The position numbers were made by a program, and so were the translations under genes. From an uncultured Bacteroidales bacterium (lineage in GTDB: Bacteria > Bacteroidota > Bacteroidia > Bacteroidales > VadinHA17): DNA of 64,000 bases. The stretch spans positions 344,151-408,150 of the forward strand of contig CAVOWZ010000001.1 in the NCBI GenBank assembly GCA_963700275.1. The letters are read 5' to 3'. Below, piece by piece: positions 1-9,048 of this stretch (position 1 is the stretch's first letter; every line of letters starts with the position of its first letter). The notes below the pieces were generated by a model, which was given only the letters and a program-made list of their open reading frames with translations, made no database searches and was not told the DNA's origin.

Positions 1-95
1 AGGATAATAGATATTAATGTCCTACGGACAATTATTCCTGATCAGACATCCCATTTCTATTGTCATAAATGCCCTGACGGGCAAAATGTGGCATG
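1..95 (-). repeat. Two degenerate inverted copies of the REP-like unit that forms the adjacent tandem array
   Basis: Reverse complement of 14-35 (ttgtccgtaggacattaa) and of 51-90 (ttgcccgtcagggcatttatgacaatagaa) matches the hairpin plus tail of the 52-bp unit at 123-428. Confidence 0.55.
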
Positions 96-122
96 TAAAG
101 ATCCTTTATTAATTTCCCGTTT

Positions 123-428
123 GGTATTTTTTAATCCCTTTTTCCCATAGGGAATTAATGACAATAGAACCATTGGTATTTTATGATCCCTGTTTCCCGT
201 AGGGAATTAATGACAATAGAACCATCGGTATTTTATGATCCCTGTTTCCCAGGGAATTGATGACAAGAGAACCATCGGTATTTTATGATCCCTGTTTCCC
301 GTGGGGAATTAATGACAATAGAACCATCGGTATTTTATGATCCCTGTTTCCCGTAGGGAATTATTGACAATAGAACCATCGGTATTTTATGATCCCTGTT
401 TCCCGTGGGGAATTAATGCCAATAAAAT
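123..428 (+). repeat. Tandem array of about 6 head-to-tail REP-like units of 50-52 bp, with no spacers
   Basis: Consensus ggtattttatgatccctgtttcccgtagggaattaatgacaatagaaccatc. Units start at 123, 175, 227, 277, 329 and 381. Each contains a cccgtaggg hairpin. Confidence 0.9.
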
Positions 429-513
429 GTATCCGGAGCTCCATTAACAATTTCATGGGGTACCTGTAATAAAATAGATTAATACCCTACTTGCAATTTT
501 TATGAATAAATCC

Positions 514-1533
514 TCAGAGCGCCTGTATCTCATCCCACAGCTCCCTGTTAACCGGTATTCCGGATTTCAGATTTTCTTTGCGGGTTTTAATTATATTTTC
601 CCCGGGGTAACGGATCCATGTATTTTCATCTTCAGGCAGTGAAGATTTCAGGTCATTAAGAATTTGCATTATTGAGCTTTCAATTGAGGAAGCATTATAC
701 AGCTTATCTTTGCTTATTGCTATAAAAACCTGTGAAACACTGTATTCCACTTTAGATCCGGTAATTTCGTGAGTTGACTGCCCGCCTGAGATCACCGATG
801 CCAGGATGTCGAGAAGGATTGAAAAGGCTGATCCTTTCCAGTAACCTATCGGCAGTGCTCTGCGTGTTTCCAGTATTTCCGACGGATCATCAGAAAGCTT
901 TCCGGAAGCATTAAATCCTCCTGCATAAGGCAGCCTTTTCCCCTCTCTTCTGTAATTCTCCATTTTGCCATACGAAAACTGTGTCATTGCAAAATCGAGG
1001 ACAACAGCCTCGTCCTTATAAGGAACGGCTATCACGAATGGGTTATTCCCGAGCCTGACATCTCTAGCTCCCCAGGCAGGCATATTTGCTTCGGTATTGG
1101 TCCAGCAGAAAAAGATAAATCCTTTACGGGCAGCGTGCCAGCCGTATGTTCCGCCTCTCTGCCAGTGATTTGTATTCGAAAGGGAGGCCAGACCGATCCC
1201 ATTCACCCTTGCCAGCTCAATAGCCCGCTCAGTAGTAAAAAGCGCATTCAGTGGTCCGGGTCCAAGATTACCGTTCCATTGCTCCAGAGAGCCTGTTCTG
1301 TGGATAAGTGAAGGCTCTGCATCAGGCTTTACATAACCATCGCGGACATTCCTCACAAACCTGGGAAACCGGTTTGCACCGTGGGAATAAACTCCTTCAA
1401 GGCTGTTTACCGCAAAAATGCCGGCACATTTTTCAGCTTTATTATCGGAAAATCCTGATCGGATAAGGATCCGGGTGAATTCCGATCTCATATTTTCAAA
1501 TGGAATTAGGATGGTTTCGTTGTTATCAGACAT
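514..1533 (-). CDS. dlgD: 3-dehydro-L-gulonate 2-dehydrogenase (Ldh_2 family, YiaK/DlgD-like)
   Basis: 339 aa. Collinear with my recollection of E. coli YiaK: GVYSHGANRFPRF, NHWQRGGTYGW, GNNPFVIAVP, GYWKGS, and a C-terminal ...WDEIQAL. Confidence 0.85.
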   Translation of the reverse strand: MSDNNETILIPFENMRSEFTRILIRSGFSDNKAEKCAGIFAVNSLEGVYSHGANRFPRFVRNVRDGYVKPDAEPSLIHRTGSLEQWNGNLGPGPLNALFTTERAIELARVNGIGLASLSNTNHWQRGGTYGWHAARKGFIFFCWTNTEANMPAWGARDVRLGNNPFVIAVPYKDEAVVLDFAMTQFSYGKMENYRREGKRLPYAGGFNASGKLSDDPSEILETRRALPIGYWKGSAFSILLDILASVISGGQSTHEITGSKVEYSVSQVFIAISKDKLYNASSIESSIMQILNDLKSSLPEDENTWIRYPGENIIKTRKENLKSGIPVNRELWDEIQAL

Positions 1534-1544
1534 ATCATTTAATA

Positions 1545-1690
1545 TATTGGCAGTAGCGTAACATGGTAATAATCATATAAAAAGCGTTGCATGGTGATCA
1601 TTGCGACAGGAACAATGGAATAATCGTGGAACAGACGTTACATGGTAATAATCGTAGGCCGGGCATTGAATTCAATGTCCCAACAATCAT
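1545..1690 (+). repeat. Second REP-like family (REP2), degenerate copies
   Basis: Recurring cgtt(g/a)catggt(a/g)at..atcgt words and the palindrome gggcattgaattcaatgtccc. Related to the repeats at 2955-3112. Confidence 0.6.
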
Positions 1691-1692
1691 CA

Positions 1693-2940
1693 TCATAATA
1701 CCGAATCGGCAAAATCCATGAACCAGTTCCAGTCCTTCAGCAGCATGTTGTGACCACCGTCCCTTACATGATATCCTACGTTTCCGCCATGAACAGGCTT
1801 ATTCAGCGGGGGCATGGTTTCGGGCAGGGATGTTTTTGTCTTCAGGAGCTTAAAAACGGGAACAGAATGATACAGCGACAGGTATGAACCGCGGGGATCG
1901 GCCCAGAGGTCATCGGAAGCTGATGCAACATATACTGCACGCGGGGCTATCAATGCCATAAGCATATGCATGTCCACAGGCATTTCATTCTCATTATTGT
2001 TGTATTTCCTGTAATTCAGGCAGAACCAGTGAGGAAAAGATTTATTTATAACAGAAATAGTCTCACCGTATTTCCTTCTTGCAAGGGCAGCTCCCCCGCA
2101 ACCAGATTCATTGCTTATGACAAGAGCAAACCTCTGGTCTTCTGCGCCTGCCCATAATGCTGTTTTTCCACCCCTGGAATGACCCAGCACAGCCACCTTC
2201 CTGCTGTCTATTTCTTTATCGGACTCGAAATAATCCATGCAGCGGCTTGCACCCCATGCCCATGCAGCTATTGTTCCCCATGAATCGGGTTGCCTTCCCC
2301 TGTCAAGCATACCATGAATCCCGTTCTTAAAATCGTCGAAATTATCGGGATCCACATCGGCATTATAAAACACTGCAATGGCATACCCCCGGGCAATTAC
2401 CTCCTCGGCCGGCCAGAATTCACTTTTTACCTTTCTTGAAGGATCGGTATTGGCTGGTCCCCTGTTATCGATCAGCAGAAAAGCAGGAACAGGCTTCTTA
2501 ACCTTGTTTGGAACAAACATTGTCAGATGAATGACCAGGGACTTTCCTTCCGAGCTGATTGTGATATCGACCTGCTTGAGAGTGGCATCGCCATTCATTG
2601 CATTTCTGTCTTCCCTGACCAGTTTAAACTCTTTTGTATATGGTGTCGAAGGAACCCTGCCATAAACATTTTCCCTGAAAAGTTCAAGTATCTCCTGACG
2701 GCGGAATTTCTTCCATTTGCCGGCTGAAGTTATCCGTTTGCCTGAGGAACCTGTTAATACATCAGGAAGCGTATAAGCAGGGACTTTCCCCTCATAATAA
2801 TTTATTCCGGACCGGGATTCTGTCAGCTTGTCTGCTAATTCTGGAGACGCTTTCCAGCTATCCAATGACTGGGCACAGATTATATTGCCTGAAATGATTG
2901 TAAAAACCGAAAGAACCGCAAATTTTTTCGTAATTATCAT
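1693..2940 (-). CDS. CE15-type glucuronoyl esterase (alpha/beta hydrolase), secreted
   Basis: GHSRGGKTALWAGAEDQRFALVISNESGCGGAAL serine-nucleophile block typical of bacterial CE15. Signal peptide begins at MIITKKFAVLSVF. The ORF-track N-terminal 35 aa are a translation of REP2 repeats, so the start is moved to the ATG at 2940. Confidence 0.75.
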   Translation of the reverse strand: MIITKKFAVLSVFTIISGNIICAQSLDSWKASPELADKLTESRSGINYYEGKVPAYTLPDVLTGSSGKRITSAGKWKKFRRQEILELFRENVYGRVPSTPYTKEFKLVREDRNAMNGDATLKQVDITISSEGKSLVIHLTMFVPNKVKKPVPAFLLIDNRGPANTDPSRKVKSEFWPAEEVIARGYAIAVFYNADVDPDNFDDFKNGIHGMLDRGRQPDSWGTIAAWAWGASRCMDYFESDKEIDSRKVAVLGHSRGGKTALWAGAEDQRFALVISNESGCGGAALARRKYGETISVINKSFPHWFCLNYRKYNNNENEMPVDMHMLMALIAPRAVYVASASDDLWADPRGSYLSLYHSVPVFKLLKTKTSLPETMPPLNKPVHGGNVGYHVRDGGHNMLLKDWNWFMDFADSVL

Positions 2941-2954
2941 AATTATCAATATTA

Positions 2955-3112
2955 TATTGTACGGGCGTTGAATGCAACGACCCAGCGATATCCGGAATAT
3001 TGCATGGGAATATTCGTTGAACGGGCTTTGCATGCAACGCTCCAACGGTAACCGGGATATTGCATGGGATTATTCGTAAACGGGCATTGCATGCAACGCC
3101 CCTACGAATTTT
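2955..3112 (+). repeat. REP2 tandem repeats, about 2.5 units of 59-60 bp
   Basis: The unit acgggc(a/g/t)ttg(c/a)atgcaacg...attgcatggga(a/t)tattcgt recurs. The core gggcattgcatgcaacgccc is a near-perfect 20-bp palindrome. Confidence 0.8.
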
Positions 3113-3257
3113 CCATGTGGCTAATATAATTGTTTTATAGGATAAACCAATACCCCTACAGGCATCAATGCAGTCGGGACACCCTTCACCTTAATAATTA
3201 CGCTTATACTTGGTTCTCAGGTTTTATGTGTATTTTTACAGATCATATTTTATCAAT

Positions 3258-4277
3258 ATGGCCACTTTCTTCAAACAGGCGGGAGATAAGATCCAGTGCA
3301 TACTTTGTCCCCATAATTGCATGATTGGAGATGGCAATTCAGGAATATGCGGAGCAAGAAGGAACAACAGCGGTTCAGTTGAGTTGATTACCTATGGTGT
3401 AATATCGAGCTATGCTCTGGATCCGATCGAGAAAAAGCCATTGTACCATTTTTACCCCGGAACAAATATTCTGTCGATAGGTTCCTATGGCTGCAACATG
3501 AAGTGCGACTTCTGCCAGAACTACAGCATTTCCCAGCAGAAGGCAGCAGGGTTTGTTACCCGGACCGACCCCGAACAGATCGTAAAAAATGCCCTTGAAG
3601 CACTTCATAACATCGGGATAGCATTTACATACAATGAACCTGTTATCTGGCTTGAATATATAAGGGATGTAGCCCTGCTGGCAAAGAATAATGGCCTGCG
3701 GACCGTGATGGTGAGTAACGGATATGTCAACAGGGAACCTCTTGAAGAGTTCATTTCCTTTACCGATGCATTCAATATTGATCTGAAAGCATTTAACAAC
3801 GACTTTTACAGGCGTCTTACAGGGGCTGACATCGAACCGGTAAAGGAATCATTGAGAATTATTGCCAGGTCGGGCAGACACCTCGAGATAACAACTCTTA
3901 TTATACCCGGGCAGAACGACAGTGAAGAGGAGATGACGATGGAGACAGAATGGATAGCAGGTGAACTTGGTAATGATATCCCCTTCCATCTCAGCCGTTA
4001 CTTCCCCATGTATAAAAGGGAGGATCCGGCAACAACCGGGGTAAAACTTACAAAGCTGGCAGAAACAGCCTCAAAAAATCTGCGATATGTTTATGTCGGC
4101 AACCTTGTCTCCGAAACCGGCCAGAATACAGTTTGCCCGCAGTGCGGCAAAACAGTGACTAGAAGATCAGGATATAATATTAAAATTCTGAATCTTGATC
4201 AGAAGGGCAATTGTAAAAGCTGCGGAACGCAGATTTACAAACATTTCACCTCCTTCCCGCATTCAAGCAGGAACTGA
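3258..4277 (+). CDS. amrS: AmmeMemoRadiSam-system radical SAM enzyme (PFL-activase-like)
   Basis: N-terminal Cys-rich CILCPHNC...GICG, radical SAM motif GCNMKCDFCQN, and a C-terminal CPQCG...CKSCG zinc ribbon. Start chosen at MATFFKQ. Confidence 0.75.
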   Translation: MATFFKQAGDKIQCILCPHNCMIGDGNSGICGARRNNSGSVELITYGVISSYALDPIEKKPLYHFYPGTNILSIGSYGCNMKCDFCQNYSISQQKAAGFVTRTDPEQIVKNALEALHNIGIAFTYNEPVIWLEYIRDVALLAKNNGLRTVMVSNGYVNREPLEEFISFTDAFNIDLKAFNNDFYRRLTGADIEPVKESLRIIARSGRHLEITTLIIPGQNDSEEEMTMETEWIAGELGNDIPFHLSRYFPMYKREDPATTGVKLTKLAETASKNLRYVYVGNLVSETGQNTVCPQCGKTVTRRSGYNIKILNLDQKGNCKSCGTQIYKHFTSFPHSSRN

Positions 4278-4344
4278 CAAATCTGATTTTTGACACTTCG
4301 AAAATTCATTATCAGCTCCCTATAGTACTAAATGCCTCATGGGG

Positions 4345-4671
4345 CATAGCCGTCAACCTACGTAGTTTTGGGGACAAAAGTTTCCCCTCCTATTTTTAAG
4401 GAGGGGTGGCCAGACTACGAAGTCATCTAACGATCAGAAATCTAAATGGTCTGGCCGGGGTGGTTGACTCAATATGAGAAATAAGTCCACTCCTGCTGAA
4501 TCCGTTTAACCACCCCGGCCGGGAAAGCAGAATTGTAACCATTTTTAAATCAGCAATCCCGGCCACCCCTCCTTAAAAAAAGGAGGGAAACTTATTTGTA
4601 TATAAACCAGGCTATTACACTAGTTTTCGTTACTAAAATATTCCTTGGGTTGACGGCTATGCCCTATACCC
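4345..4671 (+). mobile_element. MITE-like nested-palindrome element, copy A (non-coding derivative of the DUF559 element)
   Basis: TIRs catagccgtcaacc / ggttgacggctatg. Internal modules cccctcc-loop-ggaggggtggccagac...gtctggccggggtggtt, then a core, then aaccaccccggccggg...cccggccacccctcc-loop-ggaggg. Confidence 0.85.
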
Positions 4672-4713
4672 CTAAATCCCCCAGCAGAACAAACGAACAC
4701 CGAATTAAGAAGT

Positions 4714-5562
4714 TCATTCCACCCTGAACTGTCTTACACTCTCTTCCGCTTTTATTATGTAGAGTCTTCTCAATTCACTTATCAGAGGTACCTTTACATT
4801 GAACTTCTTATCATCGATGTGCGAAAAAGGAAGTACCATCGGGGATGTTCCTGTCATAAAAACGGCCTCATATTCTGAGAGCCGGTCAGCTTTGACACAG
4901 CCCATTTTAACCATAATATTGTTTTCGGTGCAGATATCGAGGATATGCTTTCGGGTTATGCCGCAAAGGATAACATTTTCGGGGGCAGTAACGAGATGAT
5001 CTTTCCCCAGAAAAAATATATTTGAACGGCTCCCTTCTGTTACCTGCCCATTTTCATTAACAAGAAGAGCTTCATAACCACCATCAAGTATGAGCTTATG
5101 AAAAATTGATGATCTCAGCTTATGATTAATGACTTTTGAACCCGGATCTTTTCTTTCGGCATAGTACAAGATCCCTTTCACCCCTTCTCTGTACTGTTTT
5201 TCAGTAGGGTAGATTGGTTCTATATAATAAATAAGATAGTTGAAGGAGTCTTTATTGTAATTAAAGACAATCTTCAGATTAACTTCCTTCTTCCGGTCAG
5301 CCTTTGTAAGATTTAAAATATCCCTTTTAAGTGTTTCTTTTTCAGCCAGCATCTGTTTTTTCTGGTTCCTTACGCTTGATTCAAGCCGTTCCATATGATC
5401 ATAGAAAAAGACGGGGGTATTCCTGATCATCCTGATAACTTCATATACCGAATCGCCCTCATAAACAAGGGTATTATCGAAAGAGTCGGCCTGTTCAAGT
5501 TTACCATTAAGAATATACTTCCTTCCGAAACACTCATTCATATTTATGTCATTTGTCAACAA
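4714..5562 (-). CDS. Aminotransferase class IV (BCAT / aminodeoxychorismate lyase-like)
   Basis: 282 aa. The EGSRSNIFF...VTAP...ILCGITR pattern is typical of fold-type IV PLP enzymes. Confidence 0.7.
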   Translation of the reverse strand: MLTNDINMNECFGRKYILNGKLEQADSFDNTLVYEGDSVYEVIRMIRNTPVFFYDHMERLESSVRNQKKQMLAEKETLKRDILNLTKADRKKEVNLKIVFNYNKDSFNYLIYYIEPIYPTEKQYREGVKGILYYAERKDPGSKVINHKLRSSIFHKLILDGGYEALLVNENGQVTEGSRSNIFFLGKDHLVTAPENVILCGITRKHILDICTENNIMVKMGCVKADRLSEYEAVFMTGTSPMVLPFSHIDDKKFNVKVPLISELRRLYIIKAEESVRQFRVE

Positions 5563-5637
5563 ATTTACTAACTATTAGCCACTCTGCCCGCTTTTCTGAC
5601 TATATTCGTGAATGTTTAAGCCGGCGCATATTTCAGA

Positions 5638-7008
5638 ATGTACGCAATAATTGATATTGAGACCACCGGAGGAAGTTCCAGGCTTGAAAGGATAACGGAA
5701 ATTGCCGTTTACCTGCATGATGGTAAAAAAATTACGGGTGAATATGCCACACTTATAAATCCCGAAAGAAACATACCTTATTTTATAACCAACCTTACCG
5801 GTATTACGAACGAGATGGTGGAAAATGCACCCCGGTTTTATGAAATTGCCCGGACTATTGTGGAGATTACTGAAGGCAGGACTTTCGTTGCTCATAACGC
5901 AAGGTTCGATTATTCATTTATAAGACAGGAATTTAAATCGTTAGGATATAATTATAAAAGAAGTATCCTTGATACTGTTTCCCTTAGCAGAAGGCTTTTT
6001 CCCGGATACCGTTCATATAGTCTTGGAAATATCTGCAGGGAGTTAAAGATTGGCATTAACGACAGGCACAGGGCAGCCGGGGATGCTATGGCAACCGTAA
6101 AACTCTTCGAGCTGCTGATTGAAAAAGACATGGAGCTGAATTGCGGCAGGTCAAGCCTGATGAAGAATACAAGGATCTCAAAGCTTAATCCCGGACTGGA
6201 TCTGTTAAAAGTTGAAGCGATACCTGAGGAACCGGGAATATATTATTTTTACAATGAACGCGGTGATCTCATATATATTGGAAAGAGCAGGAATCTGCAG
6301 CAAAGGATAAGCACTCATCTTTCAAATAATACAACAAACCGGGCAATGGAAATGCGCGACCTCATTGCTGACATAAGCTGGGAGGCTACAGGAAGCGAGC
6401 TTATTGCGCTTTTAAGGGAATCGTTCGAGATCAAGGATAATAAGCCGGTCTATAACAGGGCGCAGAGGAGGTCATCGTTCCAGTGGGGTATTTATACTAC
6501 AACAGATAAAAACGGGTACATTCACTTCAGCTTCCTTCCTGTGACAAGTGAAGAAAATCCACTTTCGGTTTTCACCTCAAGGGAAAGAGCCAGGTCGAAA
6601 CTGGAATCACTAACCGGGAAATATAATCTCTGCCAGAAGCTCACCGGCCTTTATGAATGTGACGGACCATGTTTTCAGCATCATGTTGGTATCTGCAGGG
6701 GAGCGTGCTGCGGAAAAGAAACAACAGCAGATTATAATTGTCGCGCTGTGAAAGCTATTGAGGAATTTGTTTTTTTACGGCGAAATTTTTTAATAATCGA
6801 CAAAGGCAGGAATGATGAGGAGAAAAGCGCCATCAAGATCATTAATGGCAAGTATGCCGGGTATGGGTATTTCAACATAAATGATATCGGATTCGGGCTG
6901 AATGCCGTACACGACTGCATAAAAACAGCACAGGATAACATAGATATACAGGTCATCCTTAAACAATATCTCCGCAGCAATAAAGTGGAGAAAATTATTG
7001 AATTCTGA
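5638..7008 (+). CDS. DnaQ-like 3'-5' exonuclease fused to a GIY-YIG nuclease domain
   Basis: N-terminal IIDIETTG (ExoI), HNARFD and H..AGDA motifs, followed by GIYYFYNERGDLIYIGKSRNLQQRI (GIY-YIG). Confidence 0.8.
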   Translation: MYAIIDIETTGGSSRLERITEIAVYLHDGKKITGEYATLINPERNIPYFITNLTGITNEMVENAPRFYEIARTIVEITEGRTFVAHNARFDYSFIRQEFKSLGYNYKRSILDTVSLSRRLFPGYRSYSLGNICRELKIGINDRHRAAGDAMATVKLFELLIEKDMELNCGRSSLMKNTRISKLNPGLDLLKVEAIPEEPGIYYFYNERGDLIYIGKSRNLQQRISTHLSNNTTNRAMEMRDLIADISWEATGSELIALLRESFEIKDNKPVYNRAQRRSSFQWGIYTTTDKNGYIHFSFLPVTSEENPLSVFTSRERARSKLESLTGKYNLCQKLTGLYECDGPCFQHHVGICRGACCGKETTADYNCRAVKAIEEFVFLRRNFLIIDKGRNDEEKSAIKIINGKYAGYGYFNINDIGFGLNAVHDCIKTAQDNIDIQVILKQYLRSNKVEKIIEF

Positions 7009-7065
7009 TTCCATGATGATATACCAAATACTCCTATTTTTGCTAATAACCTAAATTAACCTGAT

Positions 7066-7716
7066 ATGGCTATATTTACAAGAACAACAAAAACCCTTAT
7101 CATCAAGATTGAGGAGTTTTTTGATAATGTTGAGCTTGGCATACTTGTTTTCAGGGAAGGCATCAAATCTTATCTTATTAATAATCAGGAAGATTTTGCC
7201 CGGCATCTTCAGAAGGTCAATGTACTTGAGAGTAATGCCGATAAACTGCAGCGGGAAATTGAAAATGATATGATCACCAATTCCATTCTGCCGCAGCACC
7301 GGGAGGAAGTAACGAGGCTTATAGACCAGCTTGACGAGATAATAGATTCTGTAAAGAGCTCTCTCAATGATTTTAATATTGAACTGCCTGAAATACCTGC
7401 ATCACTGAATAATAGTCTGCTTAACCTGACTGAGGTTTCCTCCAATGCGGCGGAAGAGCTGATCCCTGCAGCCCGGGCATATTTTAAAGCTCCCTATACC
7501 GTCAGGGAAAAACTCCTGAAAGTTTACTATTTTGAAACTGAAACAGATAAAGTATCAAAGAGGATTAAGAAGCATATCTTTCAGGAAATGCCTGAGCTGG
7601 ATCTTGCGCATAAGGCTCACCTGAGATATATTCTTCATCATATTGAAAATATTTCCGACATTGCCCAGAAAGCAGCGGATCTGCTTTCTGCGATGGCGAT
7701 AAAAATTATCACATAA
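7066..7716 (+). CDS. DUF47/TIGR00153 PhoU-like protein, partner of the PiT transporter
   Basis: 216-aa helical protein immediately upstream of a PiT gene, the conserved pairing. Confidence 0.7.
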   Translation: MAIFTRTTKTLIIKIEEFFDNVELGILVFREGIKSYLINNQEDFARHLQKVNVLESNADKLQREIENDMITNSILPQHREEVTRLIDQLDEIIDSVKSSLNDFNIELPEIPASLNNSLLNLTEVSSNAAEELIPAARAYFKAPYTVREKLLKVYYFETETDKVSKRIKKHIFQEMPELDLAHKAHLRYILHHIENISDIAQKAADLLSAMAIKIIT

Positions 7717-7792
7717 AGTTAAAGATTGCTTCGCTTTGCTCGCAATGACGGTAAGTCTGATATAACTTAATGATAAACCCGGAACAATAGAA

Positions 7793-9027
7793 ATGATACT
7801 TTTATTCCTTACAAGCGGATTATTTCTGGGATGGTCATTGGGCGCCAATGATGCTTCAAATGCATTCGGATCAGCTGTCGGATCGAAGATGGTCTCGTTC
7901 CGTAAAGCAGCAATTATTGCATCAGTAGCAGTCATTCTCGGGGCAGTAATGCAGGGAGCCGGAACATCCCAGACACTGGGGAAACTCGGTTCGGTAAATG
8001 CCATCGGAGGATCATTTACTCTTGCACTGGCCGCAGGAGTCACTGTTTACCTGATGACAAAGCTATCTCTTCCGGTATCGACAACGCAGGCAATTGTAGG
8101 TGCCATAATCGGCTGGAACCTTTTCACGGGTAATAAAACCGATGCCGCCACTCTGTCAACAATTGTTGCCAGCTGGGTATCAGGTCCTGTACTGGGGGCC
8201 TTGTTTTCCATCCCTCTTTTCATGCTTATAATCTCCATAAAAAAGAGATCGGGGATTCACCTGATAAGGTTTGAATCTTATATCAGAACCGGACTTATTA
8301 TTACCGGGGCTTTCGCAGCTTACAGTTTAGGTGCAAATAATATTGCAAACGTAATGGGAGTATTTCTGCCTGCATTTAACCTTCAGGAGCTGAACCTGGG
8401 AATTATAACTTTGACTTCCTCCCAGCAGCTTTTCCTGCTTGGCGGATTAGCTATTGCGGCAGGAATAATCACTTATTCAAAAAGAGTTATGCAGACTATC
8501 GGGGCAAATATTGTACAACTCAGTCCCGAAGCAGCAATGGTTGTAGTGCTTGCCCATTCTCTTGTTCTGTTTTTGTTCTCATCTTCCTCCCTGTCTTCAT
8601 TTCTGAAAGGAGCAGGCCTTCCCTCAATACCACTTGTTCCCATATCAAGCTCACAGGTAATTATCGGTTGTGTTCTGGCATAGGCCTTTACAAGGGTATA
8701 AGGAACATCAATTTCAGCCTTCTTGGCCAGGTAGCCGCAGGATGGATAGCAACTCCTGTTATAACATGCATCCTTACATTTCTTTCCCTGTTTTTCTTTA
8801 AAAACATGTTCAATATTGATGTCGGACACAGGATAGCGGAGGGTACTTTAGCGCCTGAGTCCATACGGCCTGTTTCTGATCCCGTGATTTCAGAATTAAT
8901 GAGATACTTGCTTCTGGGAATTCTTGTTGCAGGATTTTTCGTGATCGCTTATCTTTATTTTCTTGATAGAAAAAAAAGGAAGGAGCTCTTACGTTCGGAA
9001 AAGAGGTTCTGGAAAAATATCAAATGA
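7793..9027 (+). pseudogene. Inorganic phosphate transporter (PiT family) interrupted by one frameshift near 8678
   Basis: ORFs 7793-8683 and 8668-9027 together read SSSQVIIGCVL|GIGLYKG...AGWIATPV, a PiT signature split across frames. One base seems to be missing in ctggca. The N-terminal GANDASNAF motif is present. Confidence 0.8.
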
Positions 9028-9048
9028 CCTTGCCTTCATGATACGTTC

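Noticed and set aside
123-428. Possible CRISPR array (regular ~52-bp periodicity with palindromic cores)
   Set aside because: The units abut one another with no unique spacers, and no cas genes are nearby. It is a tandem REP-like array.
2941-3045. N-terminal 35-aa extension of the CE15 ORF
   Set aside because: It is a translation of the REP2 tandem repeats. A normal signal peptide starts at the internal ATG (2940).
4378-4412. aaggagg within the MITE hairpins read as Shine-Dalgarno sites for small ORFs
   Set aside because: The motif is half of a perfect hairpin that is repeated in every copy, and no conserved ORF follows it.
5575-5895. 106-aa minus-strand ORF overlapping the start of the exonuclease gene
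   Set aside because: It overlaps the strongly supported DnaQ-like N-terminus on the other strand and has no motif support.
7555-8043. 162-aa minus-strand ORF overlapping the PiT gene. Similar antisense ORFs include 12365-12793, 12803-13324, 17469-17849, 20000-20341, 22778-23122, 33867-34271, 36323-36622 and 61897-62460
   Set aside because: These are antisense to well-supported conserved genes, have no recognisable motifs, and have low-complexity composition typical of shadow ORFs.
8660-8690. Programmed ribosomal frameshifting as an explanation for the split PiT, GH38, OMP and SusC genes
   Set aside because: There is no slippery heptamer or downstream structure, these families are not known to use recoding, and both insertion-type and deletion-type shifts occur. 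Indel error or decay is more parsimonious.
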